A stretch of DNA of 64,000 nucleotides, taken from Felis catus. Its lineage: Eukaryota. The position numbers and the translations under genes were made by a program. This document shows positions 1-11,060 of the stretch, piece by piece. The notes under the pieces are model-generated. The model worked only from the letters and a program-made list of their open reading frames with translations, was not told where the DNA came from and did no database searches. Every line of letters starts with the position of its first letter. Position 1 is the stretch's first letter. The stretch is taken from assembly GCF_018350175.1 (NCBI RefSeq), contig NC_058385.1:75020001-75084000 (forward strand), in the 5' to 3' direction.

Positions 1-317
1 TCGAACATGGGCCTTGGGCCTAAATTTCTTTGCCCTGACTCAGGCCTTGTGCCCATGCTTCACCCAGTCCCCAGGGCCCGTGGGGAGGGCTGCAAGAATT
101 GAACTGGCGTATGCTTGGATCACATGTGCCCCTGCAGTGGGAGTGAGGTCAGCCACCCCAGATGACATTTACCAAGCGGGATAGTACAGTGACTTACCCC
201 AAAGCGATTCAAGGTGCTGTAACTGTAATGAAGAAATGGCTGCTGGGCCACAGCCAACAAATATCCAACATACTTTCCCATTTGGTGATGTGACGATGGA
301 ATGAAATGAAATATGCA

Positions 318-774
318 GGGGGCGCCCAGGTGACTCAGTCATTTAAGCGTCCGACTTTGGCTCAGGTCATGATCTCATAGCTCGTGAGTTCAAGCCCTGC
401 GTGTCGGGCTCTGTGCTGACAGCTTGGAGCCTGGAGCCTGCTTCCGATTCTGTGTCTCCTTCTCTCTCTAACCCTCCCTCGCTCACGCTCTGTGTCTCTC
501 TCTCCAAATTAAATGATAAACATTAAGGGGCGCCTGGGTGGCGCAGTCGGTTGAGCGTCCGACTTCAGCCAGGTCACGATCTCGTGGTCGTGAGTTCGAG
601 CCCCGCGTCAGGCTCTGGGCTGATGGCTCGGAGCCTGGAGCCTGTTTCCGATTCTGTGTCTTCCCCTCTCTCTGCCCCTCCCCCGTTCATGCTCTGTCTC
701 TCTCTGTCCCAAAAATAAATAAACGTTAAAAAAAATTTTTTTAAATGATAAACATTAAAAAAAAATTTTTAAGG
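318..774 (+). mobile_element. Can-SINE (host of nested SINE)
   Basis: GGGGCGCC head, CT-rich tract, A tail; perfect 12-bp TSD ATGAAATATGCA at 306-317 and 775-786. Confidence 0.95.
527..740 (+). mobile_element. Young SINEC_Fc inserted in the tail of the preceding SINE
   Basis: Full length; perfect 18-bp TSD TTAAATGATAAACATTAA at 509-526 and 741-758. Confidence 0.97.
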
Positions 775-947
775 ATGAAATATGCAAAGGTCTTGGCACA
801 TGGTATGTATCCAATAGATAAATGTGACCTCCTGCTTCAGGCAGTTTAATAATAGTAGGAAAGGGCATGAGTTCTGAGGGCAGCCTCTGAAGTTCCAATC
901 CCAGAATTTCCTCTTGTTTTTATTTTTATTAAGGTCTAATTGAGCTA

Positions 948-970
948 CAAACAAAACAAAACAAAACAAA
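948..970. repeat. (CAAAA)n microsatellite
   Basis: Direct reading. Confidence 0.9.
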
Positions 971-1457
971 ACCCTGCACATATTTAATGACATTTAATGT
1001 ATACATTTTAATGAGTTTGGACATATATGTACACCTGTGATACCATTCACTATAATCAAGGTACTAAAATATCCATTGCCTCCCCAAACTTCTGTGTTCT
1101 TGTGTGTGTGTGTGTGTTTTGTTTTGTAGGAAGAACACGTAACGCGATCTCTATCCTCTTAACATTTTAAAGTGCACAATATTATACGGTTACCTGTAGA
1201 TACTAAGGTGAACAGCAAGGTGAGCTTATGGATCTTGCATAGTTGAGAGTTTATACCCACTGAGCAATGCTTCCCCATCCCTCTTTCCCCAGCCTTTGGC
1301 AGCCACGATTCTAGTCTCTGATTTTATGACTCTATTTTAGATATCTCATACAAGTGGAATTGTGCAATATTTTGTCCTTCTGTGGCTGGCCTGTTTCACC
1401 TAGCATAATGTCCTCCAGGTTTGTCCATGTTGTTACAAATGGTAGGATTTCCCTTTT

Positions 1458-1654
1458 ATCTATTTTATTTTTTTAATGGTTATTTATTTTTGAGGGGGGG
1501 TGGGCAGAGAGAGAGGGAGACACAGAATCGGAAGCAGGCTCCAGGCTCCGAGCTGTCGGCACAGAGCCCAACACGGGGCTCGAACTCATGAACCGTGTGA
1601 TCATGACCTGAGCTGAAGTCGGACACTCAACCCACTGTGCCACCCAGGCGTCCC
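1458..1654 (-). mobile_element. Can-SINE inside L1
   Basis: Reverse-complement SINE ending cacccaggcgtccc; tcccttt(t) flanks both sides. Confidence 0.93.
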
Positions 1655-1887
1655 TCCCTTTTTTTTAAAGGGTGAATAATATTCCATTGTGGCATATACC
1701 ACATTGTCTTTAGCCATGCATCTGTTGGTGGAAAGTTCGGTTGTTTCCATATCTTGATCGTTATGAATAATGTTGCAATGAACACAGAAGTGTTAATGTC
1801 TCTGCAGCATCCTAATTTTAATTCTTTTGGATAAATACCCAGAAGTGAGACTGCTGGGTCATATGTTACCTCCATACTAGTTTCCAT

Positions 1888-2044
1888 NNNNNNNNNNNNN
1901 NNNNNNNNNNNNNNNNNNNNNNNNNNNNNNNNNNNNNNNNNNNNNNNNNNNNNNNNNNNNNNNNNNNNNNNNNNNNNNNNNNNNNNNNNNNNNNNNNNNN
2001 NNNNNNNNNNNNNNNNNNNNNNNNNNNNNNNNNNNNNNNNNNNN
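1888..2044. other. Assembly gap (157 N)
   Basis: Run of N next to a (TA)n tract. Confidence 1.
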
Positions 2045-2081
2045 ATTACATATATTTATTATTTATATATGTTATATTATT

Positions 2082-2117
<36 letters not shown>
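2045..2117. repeat. AT-rich/(TA)n microsatellite
   Basis: Direct reading. Confidence 0.9.
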
Positions 2118-2120
<3 letters not shown>

Positions 2121-2656
2121 GCACCCTAACAATTGTGAGGTGATAGATCATTGAGATTTTAATATGCATTTCCCTGATGATGAGTGATGATCAGTACCTT
2201 TTCTTATATCTTGTAGCCATTTGCTTGTCTTCTTTGGAAAAAAATGTTAATTCAAGTGCTTTCCCAGTTTTTCATTGGGTTTTTATTATTTTTTTTTTTT
2301 GCTATTAAATTATGGAAGGTTCTCATATACTTTGAATACTAATCCCTTATCAGATATATAGCTTGCAAGTATTTTCTCCCATTCCACAGGCTGCCTTTTT
2401 ACTCTGTTGATCAAGAACAAGAAAAAGCCCACTCTCATCGTATGCGACATAGCACTGAAATTTCAAGTCAGAATAATTAGTCAAGAAAAAGAAATAAAAG
2501 ACATCCAAAGTGGAAAGGAAGAAGTAAAATTGTTTCTGTTCACAGAAGGCTTGATCTAAGGTGTAGAAAACCCAAAACATTCCACAAAAGGACAGATAAA
2601 CAAACTCAGCAGAATTGAAGAATACAAAACCAACATACAGCAATCAGTTGTATTTC

Positions 2657-2867
2657 TTTCCTTTTTCTTTTTTTTAATGTTTATTCTTTTTTGAGACACA
2701 AAGTGCAAGCAGGGGTAGGGCAAAGAGAGGGAAACACAGAATCCGAAGCAGGCTCTAGGCTCTGATCTGTCAGCACAGAGCCCCACCCAGGGCTTGAACC
2801 CATGAGCCATGAGATCATGACCCGAGCTGAAGTCAGATGCTTAACCGACTAAGCCACCCAGACACCC
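2657..2867 (-). mobile_element. Can-SINE without visible TSD
   Basis: Reverse-complement SINE; flanks do not match. Confidence 0.93.
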
Positions 2868-3375
2868 TGAAAACAACAATTCTAAAAACTAGATGGAATC
2901 ACAAAAGACTTCAAATAGCCAAAGCAATCGTGAACAAGAACAAAGCTTGGAGGCATCACACTTCTTGATTTCAAAATATGTAACAAAGCTACAGTGATTA
3001 AAACAGTGTGGTACTGACATTAAAAACACATAGACCAATAGAAAAGAATAGAAAGCCTGGAAGTAAACCCATGAATAATGTGTCTACTGACCTTTGTCAA
3101 GGGAGCCAAGAATATACGATGGGGGAAAGGCTAACAAATGAAGTTGAGAACACCTGGATAGCCACACACAAAAGAATACATTTGTACCCTTATCTTACAC
3201 CATACACAAAACTCAACTCGAAATGGCCGACAGACATAAATGTGAGATCTGAAACCACAATACTCATGGAAGAAAACACAGGGAAAAAGCTTCTGGATAT
3301 TGGCTTTGGCCGTGATTTCTTGGATAGGACACCACATGCATGGGCAACAAAAAGAAACATGGACAAGTGTGATTA

Positions 3376-3434
3376 AACTCTTTTCTTTAATTAAAAACAT
3401 TTTTTTTTGAGTCAGAGTGCACAAGCAGGGGAGG

Positions 3435-3468
<34 letters not shown>

Positions 3469-3595
3469 CCCAAGCAGACTCCACACTGTCAGTGCAGAGC
3501 CAGACGTGGGGCTCGACCCCACGAACGGTGAAATCAGGACCTCAGCCAAGATCCAAATCTTGAACCTTAAACGACGCAGCCGCCCAGGCGCCCCC
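3376..3595 (-). mobile_element. Older Can-SINE
   Basis: aatcccaagcagactccacactg variant; TSD gacaagtgtgatta/gacgagtgtgctta (3362-3375, 3597-3610). Confidence 0.9.
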
Positions 3596-4144
3596 AGACG
3601 AGTGTGCTTATATCCAATTAAAAAGTTCCTGCACAGAGAAAGAAATAGCTCACGTTTCCCCCTGTCGGTTGCGGGCCTTGTGAAGTAACATATCTTTTCT
3701 GTGATGCATGGCAGTACACGATCTCATGTCTCGTGGCAACTAAGTGGGTTAATGTGTGCAAAGTATTTACAACGGTGCCTGGTGCATAGGAAGAGGTAAG
3801 TGTGGGTGGTTCTTACCCAGAGAAGGCCTGTGACCAATTACACGGCCGACAACCCTGCCCTCTGCCCGTCGGCGGTTAAACACGCGGAAGGAATGGATTC
3901 CAATGGCGAGAAGTCCTCCCATCCTGGATCCCTGGCTCAGCAGCACGGAGGGTCATCTGGAATTGCTCAGGCTAGTGTGCGAGCGCGTGGCGATTCATGG
4001 CCTCCTTGGAGAGCGAACTGGGGTAAGAGATAAGCAAGGTCCAGACGGAGGCACAGGGTCTAGGCTGTGTTGAAATGGATTCAGTCCAGGGGTACGTCCC
4101 CAGGCTTGCATCGGGGCCAAGCCTTTTGAGGAGTTATTGAGAAC

Positions 4145-4354
4145 TAATGGTGTGCTGATAAATATTTAACAACGGGCTTCTTAGGGAGAAAAAAAAAGTC
4201 CGATTTATAGTATTTGCCAATTTCCTTGGTGTAAATGCTCCCACCATGGCCGACTTCAAGCTGCGAAGGTTATGTTATTTAACAAGAAGTTGGGAAAGAG
4301 AAGTATGCAATCGGTCCTCGTGAGCCTGCATGAGCAGGCCCTGGCACACCACTG
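4145..4354. mobile_element. MER63-like hAT MITE
   Basis: Terminal inverted repeats (t)aatggtgtgctg ... ggcacaccactg; internal ggtgtaaatgctcccaccatggccgacttcaagct matches recalled MER63. Confidence 0.8.
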
Positions 4355-5374
4355 CCAGGATCCTTCCTTGGAGATTTTCAGCTCTGCCTCCCCTCTCCAT
4401 CCTTATTTCTGGCCGCCGTCACCCTCAAATCTGTCCCCCAGGCGTAAGGTGTGATGCGCAGTTCCCTGAACACGCTGTGCCTTTCCCCAATCCCCTTTCC
4501 CTTCTCTTGGCCTTCCCCTTGATGACCCATCTCCGCAGGGATGCTGTTTCAGATTTGAGCAGACTGTGTACCACACACCTCCGGGGAAACCATCATGAGA
4601 GGCTGGGGTTATGCAGTGCGCAACCTACACAATCAGCCGTGGCAGCTCAGTCTCCAAGTCTTTCCCCTCTCCTAAGGAGTCTTCCTTGCGCTTCCAGACC
4701 GAGTTACTGCTGCTTCTCTGAACTGCCGGAGCTCCCCAAGCTTCTCTTTATTTCCCCAACTTCTATAAGTGGGTGTCCCTAAGGCATTGCCTCTCAGTTA
4801 TGGGGTCTCTTTTAGTGTCTGTCTCTACTTCCATATTGTGAATTCTTTAGGAGAAGGGACCAAGTCACATTCACTTCTGTATCCCTAGCATCTACTAGAG
4901 CATGTGACACAATATAGTATACCTTTGTCTGGGGCATATTAGCTTAAGGCAAAGAAAACTCAGGGGAGATAATTAGAACTGTATCAGGAAGGACTGCATG
5001 TAAAGGGGTAATTGGATTTGTTCTGTGGAACCCCAGTGCACCGTGACAGTCCTGCTGGGAGAAAATACCCATTCTGGGAGGCAGATGACAATTCTAAGGA
5101 ATGATATTTTAACTGGCCAAACTCTTCCGGCAGTGGAAGGGCTGCATGGGGGGGCTGAGCTCCTTGTCCCTAGGAACACATAAGCCGAGGTTGGGATATA
5201 CACAGAAGGCAAGCTAAACAGGGGCCTCTTCTGTTAAGAGGTTGTGGCGGGGGGAACAGGGAAGCAGAGGTTCATGGCAGGAGGAGGATGAATACTGCCA
5301 GGTCTTGTGTCTTGGCAGGGAAAGAGGATGAGGGTCAGAGATGTGTCAGAAAAGAGAAATACCTGGATTGTCGC

Positions 5375-5526
5375 TTTATAGAATGTTAGTTGTGGTGAAA
5401 TCCATAGATCATAACATTTGCCATCGTAGCCATTTAAAAACATTTTTTAACATGTATTCATTTTTGAGAGACAGAGCGTGAGCAGAGGAGGGGCAGAGAG
5501 AGAGAGAGAGAGAGAGGGCATGTACA

Positions 5527-5573
<47 letters not shown>

Positions 5574-6427
5574 AGTGAGCAGGGGAAGGGCAGAGAGAGA
5601 GAGAGGGAGACACAGAATCGGAAGCAGGCCCCAGGCTCTGAGCTGTCGGCACAGAGCCCGATGCGGGGCTCGAACTCACGGACCGTGAGATCATGACCTG
5701 AGCCGAGGTTGCACGCTTAACCGACTGAGCCAGCCAGGCGTCCTGCCATCTTCCCCGTTTTTGAGCGTACAGTTGAGGGTGATAAGCGCGTTCACGTTGT
5801 TGGGCAGCCCTCCCCACCATCCACCCGCAGAACTCTCCTCACCCTGCAAAACAGAAACTCCGTTCCCACTAAACAACTCCCCACAGCCCGGGGCCGCTAC
5901 CTTTCCACTTTCTGTGTCTATGAATTTGATTACTCTAAGTGCCTCACATAAATGGAATCGTACAGCGTTTGTCCTTTTGCGTCTCGTTTATTTCACCCAG
6001 CATGATGTCCTCAACATGCATCCACATGGTAGCCTATGTCGGTCTTTCCTTTTCTCTGAAGGCTGAATCACGGGCCATGGTGTATATGCCTCGCATTTTG
6101 TTTATCGACTCGTCCATCGGTGGACACTCGGGTTGTTTCTACCTTTGGGCGATTGTGAATGATGCTGCTGTGAACATAGGTGTGCAAATGCCCGGGGGCC
6201 CTTACCTTCACTTCTTTTGTGTACATACCCAGAAATGGCAACTCTGGATTATAGGGTAATTCTATGTTTACTGTTTTGAGGAATCGCCATGCCGTTTTCC
6301 ACAGGAACTGTGCCATTTTCCCTTCCCCACCGCAGGGCACGAGCCTTCCCATTTCTCTGCACCCTTGCCGACACTTGCTTTTTTGTTGTTATATTTTACA
6401 GTAGCCATCCTAACGGGTGTGAGGTGT
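5375..6427 (-). mobile_element. L1MB-like 3' end
   Basis: L1MB 3' UTR text (tgtgaatgatgctgctgtgaacat, gtagccatcctaacgggtgtgagg). Confidence 0.85.
5443..5743 (-). mobile_element. Can-SINE with internal duplication and (CA)n
   Basis: tgccatc flanks at 5419-5425 and 5744-5750; (CA)n at 5524-5570. Confidence 0.92.
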
Positions 6428-7037
6428 GGGGCTTTGAAACACGGAGAGAAAGGAGGGGGAAGGGGGCAGGAACAGATGTAATGTCGTGCACTGCCCGGCC
6501 CCATCCCGTGCTCCTGGGCATCGGCTCTGATCATGGGTGCAAGGTCAACTTGACGTGCTATGCGGGGAGGTGTGGCAAGAATAACAAAGGCAAGGTCTGA
6601 GTCAGGATGGTTATTGGAATCTGACGTTCTCACTTTTCGATCCTCTGCTTACAAACACCTGGATTCAACCCATTCCTGGAACCGCAAAAGGGAAGCACGC
6701 CAGAATCGGGACCTTTGCGCAGGGCCTTTGCACAGGACCCGGAACGCCATTCCTATGCTTTTGTAGCTGCTTTTCCCTGGGTACAGGTATGACTCGTTAA
6801 CCCGTTGACAGTCACACGTGCGGAAGTAAGCAAAGGCCCCAGCCGGAGCACTGCCCTCTCGGCATCCGGGAGCAGAGGGTCAAGCCTCGTAGGGTGGAGG
6901 GAGCCCAGCACAGGCTGTCAGAAGACACAGGAACGAGTTCTGAGACCTACTGCCTTGTGGTTTCTAGCTTCTTCCTGGACGCTTATTCCACCCTTGCTCA
7001 GAGCATGATCAGCCTCGTCAGGCGGTGCCCTTTAGAA

Positions 7038-7760
7038 CAGGGATGTCCGATGGAAATATTTTGCGAATCACGTGTGTGGTTTTAAATTTCCGGGCAGCTA
7101 CATTTAAAACGTGAAGAGGGGCGCCTGGGTGGCTCAGTCGGTTGGGTGTCCGACTTCGACTCAGGGCTTGATCTCATGGTTCATGGGTTGGAGCCCCGGG
7201 GCAGGCTCTGTGCTGACAGCTCAGATCCTCTCCCTCCCGCTGTCTCTGCCCCTCCCCCACTCATGCTTTTTTTTTTCTCTCTCTCTCTCTCAAAAATAAA
7301 TAAATAAACGTTAAAAAGATCCTTTCAAAAGAAGCAGGTGCAATTAAGTTTAATTATGTATTTTACTTAAGCCGACGTATCCCAAGAATATTATCATTTC
7401 AATGTGTAATCAACGTGAACGCTGTTCGTGAGATGTTCTGTATCCTTTCCCTCCTATGAAGTCTGCAGCCCCCGGGGCTTGTGGTCCACAGGCAGCCCAC
7501 CCCAGGTCAGATGCTCACTTTCTTCTGGAAATTCTTCACGGACGTTCCGATCTCATAAAATGTGCAGGTGAAGAAATAGGCTCGGGTACTCGGTTGCTCC
7601 AAAGACACCTAAAAGTTTTCCAACCATGATGTATTAGTGGAAAAATATGTTACTCTGTTTTTAGCTTTTGGATTTAAATTTAAATCATTTAGAACGAATG
7701 AAAATTTCAAGTTCAGCTTCTCCCTCATGCTAGCGGTATTTCAAGCACTCACCAAAAGCA
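7038..7760. mobile_element. Charlie1/MER33-like hAT element interrupted by a SINE
   Basis: Start caggg-tgtcc-atggaaata; aatattatcatttcaatgtgtaatcaa; cctaaaagttttccaa; ggtatttcaagcactca. Confidence 0.75.
7118..7325 (+). mobile_element. Can-SINE
   Basis: GGGGCGCCTGGGTGGCTCAGTCGG head, CT tract, aaaaataaataaa tail. Confidence 0.93.
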
Positions 7761-8528
7761 GCAACAACAACAAAACCCTCAACTCACAGGGAGCCCTGCC
7801 GTCTGGAGGGAGATTGTGGGGACTGATAAAAAGTGTTCGTACTGGCTGGAGGCTGATGACACTGCGGACGGTGGCTTGCCTCGCGTGGCTCCTGGCTGGG
7901 ATGGCCTTTGTGGTCATAAAACGCACTTGAGGAACCAGGCCCTGGCGGGTTTGCTTTCCGAATGCCCGTGCCCAACCCCGGTCGCAGGACCGCGAGTGTG
8001 ACCTGTGCACAGAGACACAGGAATCTCAGCAGCACTCACGAGTGTCACCGCCGGCTCAGAACCTTGTCAGGGCTCTTGACCCCATCCAGGCCTGTGCCCT
8101 CCCTCAGTGGCCAGGCCCGTGGCCACGCTGTCTTACCTGGCCATCAGCAGGGCGAAGCATTTCAGCGACACGTGGCCCAATAGCCTCCTCTTTGGAGCCT
8201 GGCTTTCTACCCCGCTCCCCCTTTGGATCATCGTCACCGGTAATGGCCTCAGCGGATACGCACATTGAACTACGGGGAAAGAGATTTTTGGCCATGGCAC
8301 GCAGAGTTCCCCGATTAGCTACACACATTCTCCAATAGGAAGCTGTTCCTCCGCTGGCTTTATCAGGTAGCCTGGGGACCACACGGTACAAGGTATGGTA
8401 AGTCCCAGTCGTGCCTCACACGTAGAATGACCGTCCCGGGAGCCTTGGGGAGGATGTCCCCTTCCCTGCCCTGTTCCCCGCTGGCTGCTCCCCTCTGCTC
8501 CCCTCTCCTGCCATGTCATTCATTTAGG

Positions 8529-8725
8529 CAACTTTTAAAAAAATTTATTTATTTTTGAGAGAGAGAGAGACAGACAGACAGAATGTGAACAGGGAAAGGG
8601 CAGAGCGAGAGACACACACACAGAATCCGAAGCAGGCTCCCGGCTCCTCGCTGTCAGCACAGAGCCTTGTGCGGGGCTCAAACTCACGAACCGCGAAATC
8701 ATAACGCTCAACCCACTGAGCCCCA
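8529..8725 (-). mobile_element. 5'-truncated, internally deleted Can-SINE
   Basis: TSD tcatttagg at 8520-8528 and 8726-8734. Confidence 0.88.
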
Positions 8726-9009
8726 TCATTTAGGTGAATTAAAATCAATCAGTCAATCAAGAAAACACCTAATCTGTGCCATGCACTGAACTGGGATCTA
8801 GAATTTCTGAGACTGAGGCTACTTACATTACTCACTACTGAGTCACCTCCTTTAGCAAAGACAGATACACGAACATATATACATACGTGATTAAATGTCT
8901 TCACAATAGCAACTATTATCTCTATCAGTCTAAATGGTTCTCTGCCCATTATTTCACTAACCTCCTGCAGGGGAAAGGGGTCCTGAGTTTGAAGTGTTCA
9001 GATCCCCCT

Positions 9010-9175
9010 TTGCCATCCTGACTTTCCCCGAGGGTAGTTTTGTGTCCTTGGGCAAGCCACATAACTCCTTTGAGCCTCAACTCCCGCATCTTAACACCTA
9101 CTTACAAGGTGGTTTTGAGATTAAATGAGACAACTCCGGTAGACTTAGTGTAGCACCTGGGGCCGAGCACTCAGT
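9010..9175 (+). mobile_element. MIR
   Basis: tgtgtccttgggcaagccacataactcctttgagcctca...gattaaatgaga core. Confidence 0.75.
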
Positions 9176-9521
9176 GCTGGTGAGCATTGTGCGTCACCAG
9201 TCCTTCCAGCGGATTTGAAATGCTCTTTGCTGTTGTGCGGATTGAAGCCCGGAGGACAGAACTCCCAGGTGCCAGCTTTGGGATCCCAGCGACCTGAAGG
9301 GTGGGGCGGGCCTTCGCATCGCCTGGAGGGGGCATTCGAGGGGCACCGGGAAGGGGGCGCTCCTTGGAGGAAGTGTCTTCTAAGGGGGAGAAAATCAGTG
9401 AGCTGAAGGGAGAAAGAGACGCTGTCGTGTCTAAGGCCGAAGGGAAAAGAATTTGCAAGATGAGCAGAGGCAAGGAAAACACAGCATCTGCAAAGGACAG
9501 AAAGAAATCTGTGGGTGGAGC

Positions 9522-9524
<3 letters not shown>

Positions 9525-9553
<29 letters not shown>
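9525..9553. repeat. (GT)n microsatellite
   Basis: Direct reading. Confidence 0.95.
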
Positions 9554-10379
9554 CAGGGTGGGTGGTCACTGGAGAAGCAGGGCCAGTCAGTGGGAGAGGC
9601 AGTTTCGAAACCGAACTAACTTGACTGTTTACCGACTGAGAGCTGACAGCCTAAATTCACTGTTTCCTGTGGATTTTCTTCTCATGCACATGACAGGCTT
9701 ATCTAGAAGCCAGTTGCCCTTTATTTAAATTCACTCTCTAAAGGTTATTGGCTATTTGGCTTTTGGAAAGTCCCTTAGTCATCTTAAACTCCTAGTTTCT
9801 TATTTCAGAATTGGATTCGATGATTTCCAAAATGGCTTTGGACTCTAATCTTCCATGTAGGACAGAGGCCGAGAGCTCTGGTTTCTGTCTTAACTGAGAA
9901 CACACGGGGGGACTGATGTTTCCAGCAATACTTGGGATCTCGTGCACTGTTGACCAAAGCAGGGCCAGGGAATAAGTCAGTCTAGTCCAAACTGACATGC
10001 TGCACATGGCTGGGTCTCTGACCCTGGATGTGCCACGGTGCCTCGTCTGCCTTGGCAAGAGCACGGGGGGTGCAACTGCCAGTCTCGCGGTTACAGAGAG
10101 GACTCCTTCACTCCACGGGGTCATTTAACAGGGTCCCGGGGGCCCGGCTGCCGGTCCGATTTCCACCCAGGACTGGGGTTTCGGAACGGACGGCGGAAAG
10201 CACAGAAGAGTGAGTCACCGTCTCTACCACGGGGGCAAACGGGTGACTCCCCAATCACTGGAAGGAGAGAACAGGACCAGGAGGAGGGAACCTTCTCGGC
10301 AGGAGGTCGAGTGAGCCCCTCTGGTCACCGGCTCCTCCTCCTCCCTTCTGGGAGAGTGCTCGGAGTTTCCTGGAAACCT

Positions 10380-10797
10380 CCCCTTTCCCTCTCTGGCTCT
10401 GAAGGCTTATGCCACACGTTAGCCCCAGCGCCAAGCCAGTCATCCCGGTCAGGAGGGGCCGGTTTGAAGATGGCCAAAGGCATTTCCTGGAACCGGAGGA
10501 AGAAAGTGTCTCTTTTCTCTGCTGGGATCGCTCAGGGGTGGGTGCCGGAGAAGAAGCGGTCAGAGAGGAAAGACCAGCCAAGAGAGGAGAGAAATTGAGT
10601 CCCGAGGACTCCTTCAAGACCCTGGATCCTGCCATCCCCGAATCTCGCACACCCGAAGATTCCTTCAAGACCCTGGATCCTGCCATCCCCGAATCTCGCA
10701 CGCCCAGTGGGTCCTGACTCCCTTCCTGAATGGAGATATTTTAAGGGGGCAAAGGGAGGGTCTGTCCCTTGCAACAGAAAGGACTCTGGCTAATTCA
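10380..10797 (+). mobile_element. MLT1J/K-like MaLR LTR containing a 51-bp tandem duplication
   Basis: ccctggatcctgccat and terminal ctgtcccttgcaacagaaaggactctggctaattca match the recalled MLT1K 3' end; left boundary approximate. Confidence 0.7.
10601..10702. repeat. 2 x 51-bp tandem repeat
   Basis: Copies 10601-10651 and 10652-10702 with 3 mismatches. Confidence 0.97.
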
Positions 10798-10904
10798 AGG
10801 GGGCACCAGATCACCCAAGCGATTTGAATAAGGATAATTAAGATCACATTGGTAATACCTCTTCTCTGAACGCCCGATGGCACCTCACAAATATTGGCTG
10901 TTTC

Positions 10905-11060
10905 TCTCCCACCAATTTACAAGAGAGATGTAATTATCACCATTGTATGGCTGCAATTACTGCATTTCTGCTGTGTCGAGGGTCTTGGCCAAGGTCAAAT
11001 TGCTTGTACGTAGTAGAGCGGGGATTCAAATCCACTTCTGCTCACACCGCATTCTACGGG
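10905..11060 (-). mobile_element. MIR fragment
   Basis: cttggccaaggtcaaattgcttgtacgtagtagagcgggattcaaatcc. Confidence 0.6.

Larger units (their letters stand above)
914..2411 (-). mobile_element. L1 (L1MA9/L1MB-like) 3' UTR and end of ORF2
   Basis: Typical L1M 3' UTR text (cctagcataatgtcctccagg, gaataatattccattg); the reverse strand from 2411 reads decayed [12 protein letters not shown]. Confidence 0.9.
2409..3647 (+). mobile_element. Inverted 5' segment of the same L1: decayed ORF2 (RT to C-terminal region)
   Basis: Decayed ORF2 motifs QEKEIK-IQ-GKEEVKL, PYLTPYTKLNSKW, EENTGKKLLDIG; frameshifted and interrupted by two SINEs. Confidence 0.9.

Noticed and set aside
318-400. tRNA-like heads with A and B boxes
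   Set aside because: tRNA-derived SINE 5' ends with CT tract, A tail and TSDs; not tRNA genes
538-729. Recurrent MAQSV.../GAWVAQSVK... ORFs across the window
   Set aside because: All are Can-SINE translations
3008-3376. 122-aa ORF resembling a real protein
   Set aside because: Decayed L1 ORF2 fragment with frameshifts on both sides; not a host gene
10409-10717. 102-aa ORF as a bona fide CDS
   Set aside because: Lies in an MLT1J/K-like LTR; kept only as a low-probability finding
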